Positions 38,120-50,305 of a DNA stretch of 64,000 nt are shown one piece after another. The notes under the pieces were generated by a model, which saw only the letters and a list, made by a program, of their open reading frames with translations, was not told the origin of the DNA and ran no database searches. The translations under genes and the position numbers were made by a program. Numbering within the stretch: position 1 is the first letter of the stretch; each line of letters opens with the position of its first letter. The DNA is from Octopus sinensis (lineage: Eukaryota), in NCBI RefSeq assembly GCF_006345805.1, contig NC_043000.1, positions 81,964,001 through 82,028,000 on the forward strand, written 5' to 3'.

Positions 38120-38470
38120 ATCCAAGTTCTAAAATCAAGTTTTTAAGTCCATATTTACATTTTTGAACAATTTCAAAGTGCTCATTTATGATGGTATCAT
38201 TGCATAATATGATTCGTTGTGTCTCTTCCAAGCATTGGTTACATAATTCTGAGTTTGTTTTGTACAGATATGTAATCAGTATCACTGAACGAGTCATGTT
38301 GTATTGCATCCTTTTCTGTTTGAGGTTCCGGATCAGGTCAGCGAATAAATCACATTGTTTTCTGCAGATGTGCTTAAATGATGCAATATGGTTTCTAGAG
38401 TGGTCCTTGAAATGGTCGCCTGTTTCACCTATATATGCTTATACGTGTGCATCATTCTGACAGTGCATTT
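38120..38470 (-). mobile_element. Penelope-like GIY-YIG endonuclease fragment
   Basis: YIGETGDHFKDHSRNHIASFKH...LIRNLKQKRMQYNMTRSVI...LCNQCLEE. Confidence 0.8.
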
Positions 38471-38487
38471 GTATAGAATGTTTCTAC

Positions 38488-39133
38488 GATATTGTTATAT
38501 TTCGGAATGGTCATTTTGCCAGTTTAGCCAATAAAAACACACGCACTATATATTTGGTGTTACTTTGCTTCAGTGTTATTTATTTTTTACATTAATCTTA
38601 ATCTTATTTCGGCCAGAGTTCTTTCGTCACACACCTGTGACCGCATCAGTGGTCCTTTGTTTTCTTCTCACTTATTTATGTCTCTCCTTACTAAACCGTC
38701 AGTCATTTTGTATTTCTATTGTATGTCTTCACTTGCGCATGCTTATATCTCTATGTGCGTCTATGTTTATTTAGTGTGTGTGTGTGTGGGGGATGCCTGT
38801 AATATTTGTATCTAACAGAAGATACAAATATTACAGGCATCCCCCACACACACTAAATAAACATAGACGCACATAGAGATATAAGCATGCGCAAATGAAG
38901 ACATACAAGAGAAATACAAAACGGCTGACGGTTAGTAAGGAGAGACACAAGAAAGAAGAAAACAAGGACCACTGATGCGGTCACAGGAGTGTGACGAAAG
39001 AACTCTGGCCGAAATAAGATTAAGATTAATGTAAAAAATAAATAACACTGAAGCAAAGTAACACCAAATATATAGTGCGTGTGTTTTTATTGGCTAAACT
39101 GGCAAAATGACCATTCCGAAATATAACAATATC
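38488..39133. repeat. ~320-bp-arm palindrome (inverted PLE terminal repeat), 8-nt spacer
   Basis: 38488-38812 is the reverse complement of 38821-39133, with a few indels and substitutions. Confidence 0.92.
38969..39008 (+). ncRNA. minimal hammerhead-like motif (mirror copy on minus strand at 38613-38652)
   Basis: CCA-CTGATGC-G-GTCAC(AGGAGT)GTGAC-GAAA-GAAC-TC-TGG. A9C deviation. Confidence 0.5.
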
Positions 39134-39369
39134 TGTTTCAACACACGACTTCACATAAAAATCTTGCACAACAATTATATAAACGTTTCTACGATATATA
39201 TACATATAAGTTATGCTGGCTGCTCAGAGTACAAAAATAAATTTTGATGATAATTTTTGAACGAGATCGGATAGAATGAATAGTTATGATATTACAATGG
39301 GATGAAACGACTCAGCGCAAGTCACCGATCTTGTCGGAATTTACATTCTTTTCCAGATGGAATTCTGGC

Positions 39370-39760
39370 TTCCTAATCTGGGAGGAGGTCTATAAAGGAA
39401 CGGCGGTTTTTTCAAAGGTAATTGTTGTAAAGTGGAAATGGTGGGATATAGGAAAAGATTATTTAAATCTTTTTAGAAATTTCGAAATCTATTAAAAATA
39501 ATTATTGCATAGTGCATTTTCTAGATGTAACACTTAATTTAAATACTAGTATATACGAATCATATCATAAATCTAACGAAAATATAAGGTATGACAATAA
39601 AAGAAATCGAATCATTTTACATTCAGTAATAAATGGGAGAGAAAAATGCCAAATAAAATATCTATCAAGGTTTTCCGCGAACAAAGTAATATTCAGCTCA
39701 CCCTAAGATTATATAAAGGCATTAGCTAGTACAGGATACAAAATGATAGGAAGCTGAATC
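39370..39760 (+). mobile_element. AT-rich Penelope-like RT C-terminal fragment
   Basis: HFLDVTLNLNTSIYESYHKSNENIRY..., RFSANKVIF, KALASTGYK. Confidence 0.7.
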
Positions 39761-40044
39761 AAGCAAACACAAATACTAAAAATATGGTCCAAGTTAATGT
39801 AGCTCCCGCAAATAGGGATGGCTATAATAGTGGAAGACATAATCAAAGTCATCCAAATGATTTATACAGATGCCTGTTCAATCCATCTTCCATACTCACA
39901 CACATGCTTGCTCTTACATACACATGCACATGCGCTCGCCCATACACTGATGATAATCAGATGGGGTCAATGCAGAGGAATAGGCAAGGCGATTAACCAG
40001 TTCAAAGCCACAGTCACACACGGCAACCATTGAAACCAAAGCCT

Positions 40045-40420
40045 TATGTGCTGGAGCATTATCCTGATGAAACAAGGCTCCTTTCGTCAGTTTTCCTCAC
40101 AGTTTGGTCTTGATAGACTTTTGTAACTGCCTCAGCAAGTACCCTTCATTGATGGTGTGGCTCTTTGCAATATGATCAATAAACACAATGCCTTTTGCAT
40201 CCGAAAAAAAATGAGCCCATCACCTTCCAGAGGAAATGAGCTTGGCTTTCTTTCGAGCGGGTGAGGAGTCTCACTGCATGGATTCTCTTTTTGTCTCTGG
40301 CTCAAACCCATCGTGGGTTAGGAAACGTTCAAGGAAATCCCCTGGATCTGCCTCAAACAATGTCAGTTTTTTCTGTGATATGATCAGCCTGTTGCTCTTT
40401 TGAGCAGGTGTCAGAAGACG
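40045..40420 (-). mobile_element. mariner transposase relic
   Basis: IPRLLTPAQK, FEPETKRESMQ, DAKGIVFIDH, LFHQDNAPAHK. Confidence 0.85.
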
Positions 40421-40499
40421 TGGTATCCATCAAGCAGAAACTTATAAATATTTTTTACCTTCTGTGCTTTTATATATGTATTCCTTCATATGTTGAAGG

Positions 40500-40623
40500 C
40501 CAACCACATTGTTCCGGGTTCATTCCCACTGTGTGGCACCTAGGGCAAGTGTCTTCTACTATGGCCTCGGGCCAACCAAAGCCTTGTGAGTGGAATTGGT
40601 AGACGGCAACTGAAAGAAGCTCG

Positions 40624-40663
<40 letters not shown>

Positions 40664-40892
40664 TATGTGTCTATATGTTTGTGTGTCTGTATTTGTCCTC
40701 CCAACATCACTTGACAACCGATAGTGGTGTGTTTACGTCCTCGTAACTTAGCGGTTCGGCAAAAGAGTTCCGATAGAATAAGTACTAGGCATCCACAGAA
40801 TAAGTCCTGGGGTCGATTTGCTCGACTAAAGGTGGTGCTCTAGCATGGCAGCAGTCAAATGACTGAAACAAGTAAAAGAGTAAAAGAGTAAA
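40500..40892 (+). mobile_element. SINE family B
   Basis: Body and tail GACTGAAACAAGTAAAAGAGTAAAAGAG. Confidence 0.85.
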
Positions 40893-41089
40893 TGTATGGA
40901 AGCGTGGTGTTATATATAAAGTCGTTGACTCGAATTTGACGTTTGTTCTCTAATCAGTGTCTTTTTTTTGTCTCTGTCTCAATTTCATTTCAGCACCTCT
41001 TTACTGCAGTGCTTTAAAGCCTATTGTCTCCATAAAAAGAGGCAATAAATGATTTCTTGTATATATATATATATTATATATATATATAT

Positions 41090-41250
41090 ATACGACGGGG
41101 TTCTTTCAGTTTCCGTCAACCAAATTTACTCACAGGGCTTTGGTCGGTCCGAGGCTATACTAGAAGACACTTGTCCAAAGTGCCACGTAATGGGGTTGAA
41201 CCCGGAACCATGTTGTTGGTAAGCAAACTTCTTATCACACAGCCATGCCA
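41090..41250 (-). mobile_element. SINE family B, 5' half
   Basis: Matches the family-B head. Confidence 0.75.
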
Positions 41251-42077
41251 GAAGTATAACCAATTTGTTATTCGTAAATTTTTAGAACAGTATCTTATAG
41301 GGATCCCACCAAGAGTCGTCTGGACACCGGTTGAGAACTATTGCTTGAATGCATTGTGAGGTACACTGTGCCTGAAAAAATGACGGTATGCTCATGCCCA
41401 GAAGACAATTGAACATAAATGTGATCAATCAGAGTCAGCCTGGAGCTAAACAGCAACAATAACAGCAACAACAACATCATCAATAAAAACCAACACAGCA
41501 TTAATAAAACGCCGCCAACGTCGTCATCAAAATACTAACACTTGGTTAACAACGCCACTGACATTCACCAGAGTTACAATACAGACTTCAAGACAATTTA
41601 CACACACACACACACAGCCGCGCGCGCGCGCCAACTGACACTTGCTTCCAATCAGACGATCACTCTACACACCCCAACGTAGCCAACACACAGACACCAA
41701 TTGCCATCAGCCTAGCGCTGTGTGTATATAGAAACTAGTAGCACTCATTTATCAGAACCAGTTATACATATTACACACACACACATACATACTTATACAT
41801 ACATACATACATACATACATACATACATACATACATACATACATACATACATACAAACATACATAAGTACATACACATATATAGATATGTTTTGTATATA
41901 TGTGTGTGTGTGTATGTATATATATATATATATATATATCTGTGTGTGGGTGTGAGTATGTATGTATATACATATCTTTATCTAAATCTATATATTTCGT
42001 TTTGTATACTCACCCATATAACACACACACACACACACACGCGTGTGTGTATATATGCGTACATTGTTTCTCTCTCC

Positions 42078-42112
<35 letters not shown>

Positions 42113-42214
42113 GCAAATCATGTAGCAAACCAAATGCCGGTGCCCCAGCATGGCCACAGCTCATGAGCTGAAACTGGAAAAATCAAAAAATCAAAAATCA
42201 TATATATACACACA

Positions 42215-42285
<71 letters not shown>

Positions 42286-42372
42286 GTATATATATATATA
42301 TGTATGTATATATATATGTATATGTATATATATATATGAATATATGTATATTTATATATATATATATATATA

Positions 42373-42516
42373 TTCACACACACGCACACACATATATACA
42401 TACACATATGTGTGCATACAGACACACAAACACTGAACACCCACTGTTCATACATATGTATGTGTATGTTTGTATATACATATACATATATGTTTATATA
42501 TATATATATATGTGTG

Positions 42517-42587
<71 letters not shown>

Positions 42588-42746
42588 ATATATATATATT
42601 CACACACACGCACACACATATATACATACACATATGTGTGCATACAGACACACAAACACTGAACACCCACTGTTCATACATATGTATGTGTATGTTTGTA
42701 TATACATATACATATATGTTTATATATATATATATGTGTGTATATA

Positions 42747-42824
<78 letters not shown>
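42373..42824. repeat. 226-bp tandem duplication within a microsatellite field
   Basis: Unique core GCATACAGACACACAAACACTGAACACCCACTGTTCATAC repeated at a 226-bp offset. Confidence 0.8.
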
Positions 42825-43038
42825 GCGTTAGGGGTTGTAGTAACCGACTAAGGGATAAAATACCCATATATACTATCAGTATATATACATATACATATAT
42901 ATATATGCATACAGACACACAAACACTGAACACGCACTCTACATACTCTCACACACACGCATATATGTTGTGTGTATGTTTGAACACAGACACTGTACAC
43001 ACGCACTATACACACACATGCACACACACACACACTCA

Positions 43039-43073
<35 letters not shown>

Positions 43074-43139
43074 GCGCGCCAAGATACAGACACCAATATA
43101 CACTGGTAATTCGCTGACACTAAAGATCTCTGAAGCATC

Positions 43140-44290
43140 TTAAGTTACCATGGCAACTGTACAGTCTATCTAAATTACTGAGAATGGTAGCGCTGGAACT
43201 GTCTTCGCGCCAAACCTTCGTTCTTTGTTTCTCTCTGAATGTATATGTGTGTGTGTGCGTGTGCTTATATGAGTTTGTGTATGTGTGTCCATGCGTATCT
43301 ACGTGTGTCTGTGCGTTAATATATATGCGCGCGTGCGTATGTGTCTGCCTATGTATGTACATATCTAAGTGCGTTCTGTGTCTTCATGTGTGTACACAGA
43401 TTGCTTGGGTGTGTTTCTATTTATATAAATGTGTGTGTGCGTGAGTGTATATGTGTGTATGCTTGTGTAAGTTCATCAACGTATGGCATGTGTGTATATA
43501 TATTTGCATGTACGCGTATGCGTATGCATGTTTCGGTTTGTGCATGTGTTTATATACGCGCATAATGTTTGTTTATGTGTGCGCGCGTGTGTATATGCGT
43601 GTTGGATATATGTGTGTGTATATGTGTAAATGTTTGTAGTGGTACATTCCATTGTGTGTGTATTTCGGAATTTCTGAAACGGTACATTGAAATATTTATG
43701 TGAGGACAACATATACATGTGTATACACATGCATCGATGCGTCTGTCTTGTGTGCGTGTGTATGCGTGCGTGTGCGTGCGTATGCGTGCGTGTGCGTGCG
43801 TATGTATGTATGCGCGCGCGCGTGTCTACGTGTGCGTGTGTATGTGTGCAAAAGTCTGTATTGATTGTACATGTTTCATCGTTTGCATTCGCCTAAATGC
43901 GTATACTCATGTATATTCATGTATATGTAATGACACATGGTTTGTTTGTGTGTATGTGTGTGAGTGTGTGTTTGTGTGTGTGTGAGAATATTTGTATTGA
44001 TGGTACATTTTTTTGTGTGTTTGCGTATTTGTACGTCTATGTATGTATGCATCTGTGTACGAATGTCAATGTGTATTTCATGCTATATTGGTTTGTGTGT
44101 GCGTACCCACAAGCGTGTGAGCGAGTAATACACAAGCTTGCGTGTGTATACATGTGTAAGTTTGTACGTGTGTGTCATGGTACACGAGTTTCTGTTCACG
44201 CAGTATATGTTATATGCATTATACACATGTATTATACATGTTGGTGCATGTATGTGTGATGTGTATGGCGTACGTGTTTTATATATATAT
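43140..44290. repeat. cryptic degenerate (TG/TA)-rich low-complexity tract
   Basis: Directly visible. Confidence 0.8.
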
Positions 44291-44305
44291 ATGTGTGTGT
44301 GTGTT

Positions 44306-44815
44306 CTTTTACTCTTTTATTTGTTTCAGTCATTTGACTTCAGCCATGCTGGAGCACCGCCTTTAGTCGAGCAAATCGACCCCAGGACTTATTCTTTGTG
44401 AGCCTAGTACTTATTTTATCGGTCCCTTTTGTCGAACTGCTAAGTTACGGGGACGTAAACAAATCAATATCGGTTGCCAAGCGATGGTGGGGGTACAAAG
44501 AAACACACACACACACACGCACAAACACACACACACATATATACGACGGGCTTCTTTCAGTTTCCGTCTACCAAATCTACTCACAAGACTTTGGTCGCCC
44601 AGAGGCTATAGCAGAAGACAGTTGCCTAAGGTGCCACGTAGTGGCACTGAACCCGGAACTATGTGGTTGGTCTGTGTTTGTCTCCCTTCCCACCATCACT
44701 TGACAACGGATGTTGGTGTGTTTACGTCCTCGTAACTTAACGATTCTGTAGAAGACACCGATAAAATAAGTCCAGCGATCGATTTCTTCGACCAAAAGGC
44801 GGCGCTCCAGTATGG
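44306..44815. mobile_element. SINE family B (minus) fused to an inverted family B tail (plus)
   Basis: Minus copy 44306-44670, plus-strand tail 44670-44815. Confidence 0.75.
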
Positions 44816-44859
44816 CTTTTATTCTTATTTTTGAAGGCCCTCAGATTCGCGGACATGTA

Positions 44860-45650
44860 GATAAGTCCTGGTTTCATTATGAAACCAGCGTCACTCTGTC
44901 ATTCTGTGCCTTAAATGCTGGGGCTCTGGCTTCGTCCTTCATGATATACGTTTTGGAAAGCATCTTCTTCCAAAAAAGCCAGTCTCGTCCATGCTGAAAA
45001 CCTTGTCCTCGATGATCTGCCTGAAGGTCTCGAGGTACTTCTTGGCAGCTTTTTTGTTGGCTGATGCTGTCTCTTCTCTCGATGCAGGGAAGCACACTTT
45101 ATTTTAAGCCGTTTCTGGAAACAGTCAAACTATTCCTTACTGGTTTGTAAATCTACGGGTTCCGGTGTTGTCCATGGTTTTAGTTGCAGTTCTTCGGTGC
45201 CTTCTACTCCGTCTTCTCTGTCGAACTGCTGGTATAATTTCGCACTTTCTTGCGAATGATGTTGCCGCTCCAGGGGATGTTTTTCTTCTTGCAGTCACTG
45301 ATCCACAATGCCAAGGTAGATTCCATCCTAACGAAGTGCTTATTTCTCACTATCATCTTTTTGGCACTTTCACAGAAACGTACTGCTACAGTAATCCTGA
45401 TTTCCACCTCGTTCTTCTTTATGTAGCGTATGGTGCTTACGTCGACAACATAATAGAGATTTACTGCAGCATAACTTTTACCTTCTCGGAACATATCCAG
45501 CAGTTTTTCCTTCTCATGGAGCGTCATTACCTTTTTCTGGCGATTAGGTTCACTACCAGAAGCCTGTAGGGCGTTTGGGCGGCATCTTAGACCTTTAATA
45601 ACACACTGCGAAAAACACAGCACTCAGCAAAATACTGGAGATAGCTACTG
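44860..45650 (-). mobile_element. Tigger/pogo transposase relic
   Basis: KKVMTLHEKEKLLDMFREGKSYAAV...STIRYIKK...RMESTLALWISDCKKKNI (CENP-B HTHs), and LFWKKMLSKTYIMKDEARAPAFKAQNDRVTL. Confidence 0.88.
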
Positions 45651-45794
45651 AACGCAGTTTTTCCAACAAAAAACTTGAAAAAAAAATTCATCATTGCATC
45701 TAGTATACGACTACCACCAATGGGAGATTGAACAGAGATAATTAAAAATAATCGTTTTTAAAAATTTTGTTTGTATTACCTCTAGACAGTAATC

Positions 45795-45850
<56 letters not shown>

Positions 45851-46404
45851 TAATTAGAGAGAGAGAGCGGGGGGAACTGCAAGTAAACTGATTTCAATGA
45901 GGCTAAAGAGTGTATATGAGTGAAATATAGATAGATGTCGCAATACTAATTAACAAGCTTTGGATACAAGAGATACAAGATATAGCGTACTTGTATCTAA
46001 AACAAAATTAAGCAACGTGATGCACGGTTATTCTAATCAAAGCGGCGAAGGTGCGTCCAGTAAACGGGCAAATACGGTATATTATTATTAATAATTTAGC
46101 CTTAAAAAGTGTAGAAAAGTATATATTGCCATGAACAATGCGAACAGTTATTAGTTTCGCAAATAACCAGGACCGCGAAAGGAAGTGGCTCGCAACACAC
46201 TTGGTAAGAGTTACATATATTATTTAATAACAGTTTTGCTTTGGTTTCATGCAATTTAATGTTTAGTGGGCACCTAGAACAAATCTTAGTTCTACAGGCC
46301 TGAATAGCTAGATTCATTTCAGGAGTTTATGAAACTTTAAGTTGCAAAGAGCTGCATCAACTGTTATTAAATGATACGCGCGCGCGCACAGACACACAGA
46401 CACG

Positions 46405-46436
<32 letters not shown>

Positions 46437-46443
46437 ACTGTTA

Positions 46444-46474
<31 letters not shown>

Positions 46475-46487
46475 GACTGTTATTAAA

Positions 46488-46538
<51 letters not shown>

Positions 46539-46566
46539 TAATTTTTATATATATAATAAATGTATT

Positions 46567-46608
<42 letters not shown>

Positions 46609-46658
46609 GGTATATATATATACATATATATATAAATGTTATAAATTTTATATATATA

Positions 46659-47052
46659 CTAGCAGTATCGCCTGGCGTTGCTCGGGTTTGTAAGGGAAAT
46701 AACTATATAAGCATTTTTAGAGAGTTATAGCCAAAAAATAGGAAAAAATGCATTAAAAATGGAAAAAAAATTAAGGTAAATTTCTTTTTAAATCGTTGAC
46801 ACATCGTAGATATTTTTAGAGAGTTACTTCCTTTATATAATAGCGAAAAAAATGCATTAAAATGGAAAAATATGATGGTAATTTTTTTTAAATCGTAGAC
46901 TCATCGTAGACGCGCGCTAATACCCAGAAGGGCTCGATATGACTCACGACTATAAGATACCCGGTTTTGGTTACACTGCACCGCAAAATGTGGGAGTAGT
47001 TAGGAATCTAAATCGTAGGAGACAGACACACAACTTCACTCATATATTAAGA
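46659..47052 (-). mobile_element. non-autonomous Helitron (type A), copy 1
   Basis: Minus-strand A|TC start and CCCGAGCAACGCCAGG hairpin before CTAG|T. Confidence 0.85.
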
Positions 47053-47160
47053 TATAAGTCACGTAGTTATATACACATACTTTGTTATATACACATTCTT
47101 AAAAGAAAATGTTATTTTGAATACAACATTTATAAAGAATAAAATATTTTTTGGTTTTTC

Positions 47161-47800
47161 TTAACCCTTTCGTTACTATATTTCTGACCAAAATACACCC
47201 CTTATGTGTTTCAATTAATTTCTAACGTAATCATAAATTTAGTCTGGTTTCATTAAACAACAATAACTTTTTTATTTATCAATATATTAACGTGAATTTT
47301 GGAAGATAATTTAATGAAATGTCCTCAACCAATTCTATACTATAATTTTTGTCACAAAGTGACTCTAATTGCAGGTAGATACAGGTAAATTCAACAATAT
47401 ATAAAATTATTAAAATTTTGTTCAAACATCGCTATAGAAAATGGGTTATTAGCTAATATTCAATTGGGTATACAACAAAATTTTACGATAGAATTTGTTA
47501 TTCTGGGTAACTTTCTGATACCCATAATAATATTTATGGCAAAATAGGCCTTAATTTCATTTAAGGTTGTGGGAAATAACAAACTATCCTTTCTTTCGTT
47601 TTGTTTACGTTTAGCGTAACGTTTCGTTTCTGCCGTAATGATTTCAAATGGGCTCATTCGAAAAAGTAAATAGAAATAGTTTAAGGCTTTACTCTTTTGG
47701 GAAAGTCTGTGGCTTGGTGCAGTTTCTTCAGAAAAATCACCGAAAGAAACAGTTTTTAAATTTTCACTCCATTCAGGTACCAATTCGTTTTCTTTATCGC
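47161..47800 (-). mobile_element. piggyBac-like element fragment
   Basis: TTAA-CCC terminus at 47161. Minus ORF LNYFYLLF...IITAETKRYA...FPTTLNEIKAYFAINIIMGIRKLPR resembles the PGBD N-terminal region. Confidence 0.8.
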
Positions 47801-47879
47801 TGTCGGATTCACTGTTTTCACTTTAATAGCTACAAACTTGCAAAGACAAAGGAGGAGAAGGGTGATAGCGTCAGTGAAA

Positions 47880-48136
47880 CAATTCGCTCCCTTTGTGTGT
47901 GTGTGCGTTTGCGTGTGGTGTAAATCACATTAAGAAAAACATTTGACATACACACCAGAATGTGAGTTTTCTGTAAATTTTGCTTAATTGGAGTTTAAAT
48001 TTTAAAAACTGGACCTGGCATGACCCGATGCATTCTACTCTAAAAATGCTAGGTAAATTGTAATTGAAGAAATCCTATATTGTAGATTTCTATAAGTTAC
48101 AAGGGAGGCAGATAAAATCTGCCTTTTATAATAAGA
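47880..48136 (-). mobile_element. Helitron type B 5' segment, copy 1
   Basis: Minus start TCTTATTATAAAAGGCAGATTTTATCTGCC. Near-identical segments at 49960-50305, 51840-52119 and 53290-53609. Confidence 0.75.
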
Positions 48137-48530
48137 CTAGCAGTATCGCCCGGCGTTGCTCGGGTTTGTAAGGAAATAATTATATAAGCATTTTTAGAGA
48201 TGTAAAGTATAATAGCCATCTCAATATGGCTAACCACAAAGGGGGAGGGGTGTTACTGTAGCTTTTTACGTTCTGAGATTTAATAATAAATTTTAGAGAG
48301 TTACTTCCCTTATATATGTCAAAAATGGATTAAAAATGGGAAAAATTGATGGTAAATTTTTTTTTAAATCGTAGACTCATCGTAGACGCGCGCTAATACC
48401 CAGACGGTCTCGATATGAATCACGACTATAAGATACCCGGTTTTGGTTAAACTGCACCGCAAAATGTGGGAGTAGTTAGGAATCTAAATCGTAGGAGACA
48501 GACACACAACCTCACTTTTATATATAAAGA
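48137..48530 (-). mobile_element. non-autonomous Helitron (type A), copy 2
   Basis: Same termini as copy 1. Confidence 0.85.
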
Positions 48531-48631
48531 TTTCCTCTATTTACATAATATTGAGGTCTCTTTCTTTCTTTTGTTATCTTACTGTTTTTACCAATATACA
48601 TATATATATATATATATATAAATATATATAT

Positions 48632-48955
48632 AGTTACAGAGATGTACTTGCATAGCAAGTGACTTGATCTGAGATCGTGTGCTGGAACGAAAACAGTTGC
48701 AGCGTTGAAGGTGTTTATAAGCCATTTAAGAAACACACAAAAACCGTTAGATTCACTTCAACATTTAAATTTAATTTGTCAAAATATTTTCGTCGCTTTG
48801 AGACCGCGACCTGTTAGCACGATTTTTTGTCAGTGAACAGGTCGCGGTCTCAAAGCGACGAAAATATTTTGGCAAATTAAATTTAAATGTTGAAGTGAAT
48901 GTAACGGTTTTTGTGTGTTTCTTAAATGGCTTACAAACACCTTCCAGGCTGCAAT
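48632..48955. mobile_element. foldback repeat (probable PLE terminal repeat) with ~118-bp arms
   Basis: 48698-48815 is the reverse complement of 48836-48953. Related copy at 58445-58710. Confidence 0.75.
48828..48874 (+). ncRNA. minimal hammerhead-like motif with G3:C8 core swap
   Basis: TGTCA-GTGAACA-G-GTCGC(GGTCTCAAA)GCGAC-GAAA-ATAT-TT-TGGCA. Confidence 0.55.
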
Positions 48956-49318
48956 ATATATATACACATATATATATATGTATGTATGTATGTATGTGTG
49001 TATATGTGTATGCATGTATGTGTGTGTGTGTGCGTGTCTGTGCTTGTGATTGTCCTCCACCACTGCTTGACAACGAATGTTGGTTTGTTTACATCCCTGT
49101 CACCTAGTGTTTTGACAAAGGAAACAGATAGAATAAGTACAATGCTTACAAAAATAAAACTGGAGTTGATTCATTAAACTACAATTCTTCAAGGCATTGC
49201 CCCAGCATGGCCACAGACCAATGGCTGGAAAAAGCAGAAGAATAAAAGAATACATTCTCTGCTTTGGTCTTATGTTCAAGGCATGAGAAAGCTTGAGTTT
49301 ACATGAGAAGGCCTAACA

Positions 49319-49796
49319 GACCTGGTAGAAACAGCAGCCAAATCTCCCTCAAATCACACCTTACTGTCTTATGTATGTATATATATATGAGCCAATGAGG
49401 GGGACCTCTACATGGTAGCTAGATCTGGTAGAAATAGCAGCCAAATTTCCCCCAAATCACACCTTACTGTCTTATCTATGTATATATGTATGTATGAGAG
49501 CCTATGAGGGAGACCCCTACATGGCAGCTAGACCTGGTAGAAATAGCAGCCAAATTTCCCCCAAATCACACCTTACTGTCTTATCTATGTATATATGTAT
49601 GTATGAGCCTATGAGGGAGCCCCTACATGGCAGCTAGACCTGGTAGAAATAGCAGCCAAATTTCCCCCAAATCACACCCTACTGTCTTATCTATGTATAT
49701 ATGTATGTATGAGCCTATGAGGGAGACCCCTACATGGCAGCTAGACATGGTAGAAATAGCAGCCAAATCTCCCTCAAATCACACCTTACTGTCTTA
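49319..49796 (+). repeat. ~106-bp minisatellite, ~4.5 copies
   Basis: GA(C/T)(C/A)TGGTAGAAA at 49319, 49422, 49531, 49637 and 49744. Confidence 0.92.
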
Positions 49797-49959
49797 TCTT
49801 TCTGCTACTTGGATATAGGTGTTATATTCGTCGTAAAAAACTTTCCTGTCACACACTCACGCACACGCACACACACACACACACGCACCCTCACACACAC
49901 ACACACGCGCACACACCACACACACCCACTCACACACACGCACGTTAGCTTACAATTTT

Positions 49960-50305
49960 ATTTATATTTGCGTGTCTATGTGTTGAAAGAGGAAGTGGGA
50001 GGCAGAGTGAAAGAATCACTCACTACAGTAAGTCAATTACTTTCATTTTATTCGTTGCCCATTGTGTGTGTGCGTTTGCGTGTGCTGTAAACCAGACTAA
50101 GAAAAGCATTTGACACACACACCAGAATGTGAGTTTTCTGTAAATTTTGCTTAATTGGAGTTTAAATTTTAAAAACTGGACCTGGCATGACGCGATGCAT
50201 TGTACTCTTAAAGTTGCTAGGTAAATTATAATTGAAGAAATCCTATATTGTAGATTTGTATAACTCCCAAAGGGAGGCAGATAAAATCTGCCTTTTATAA
50301 TAAGA
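49960..50305 (-). mobile_element. Helitron type B 5' segment, copy 2
   Basis: See 47880-48136. Confidence 0.75.

Noticed and set aside
41295-41501. 68-aa minus ORF with hydrophobic start as a possible upstream exon
   Set aside because: The N-terminus is a (TTG/CTG)n repeat and the 3' part resembles a hAT-MITE end (CAATAGTTCTCAACC). No family motif.
49319-49796. Regularly spaced repeats resembling a CRISPR array
   Set aside because: The whole unit is repeated (no unique spacers), the context is eukaryotic, and there are no cas genes.
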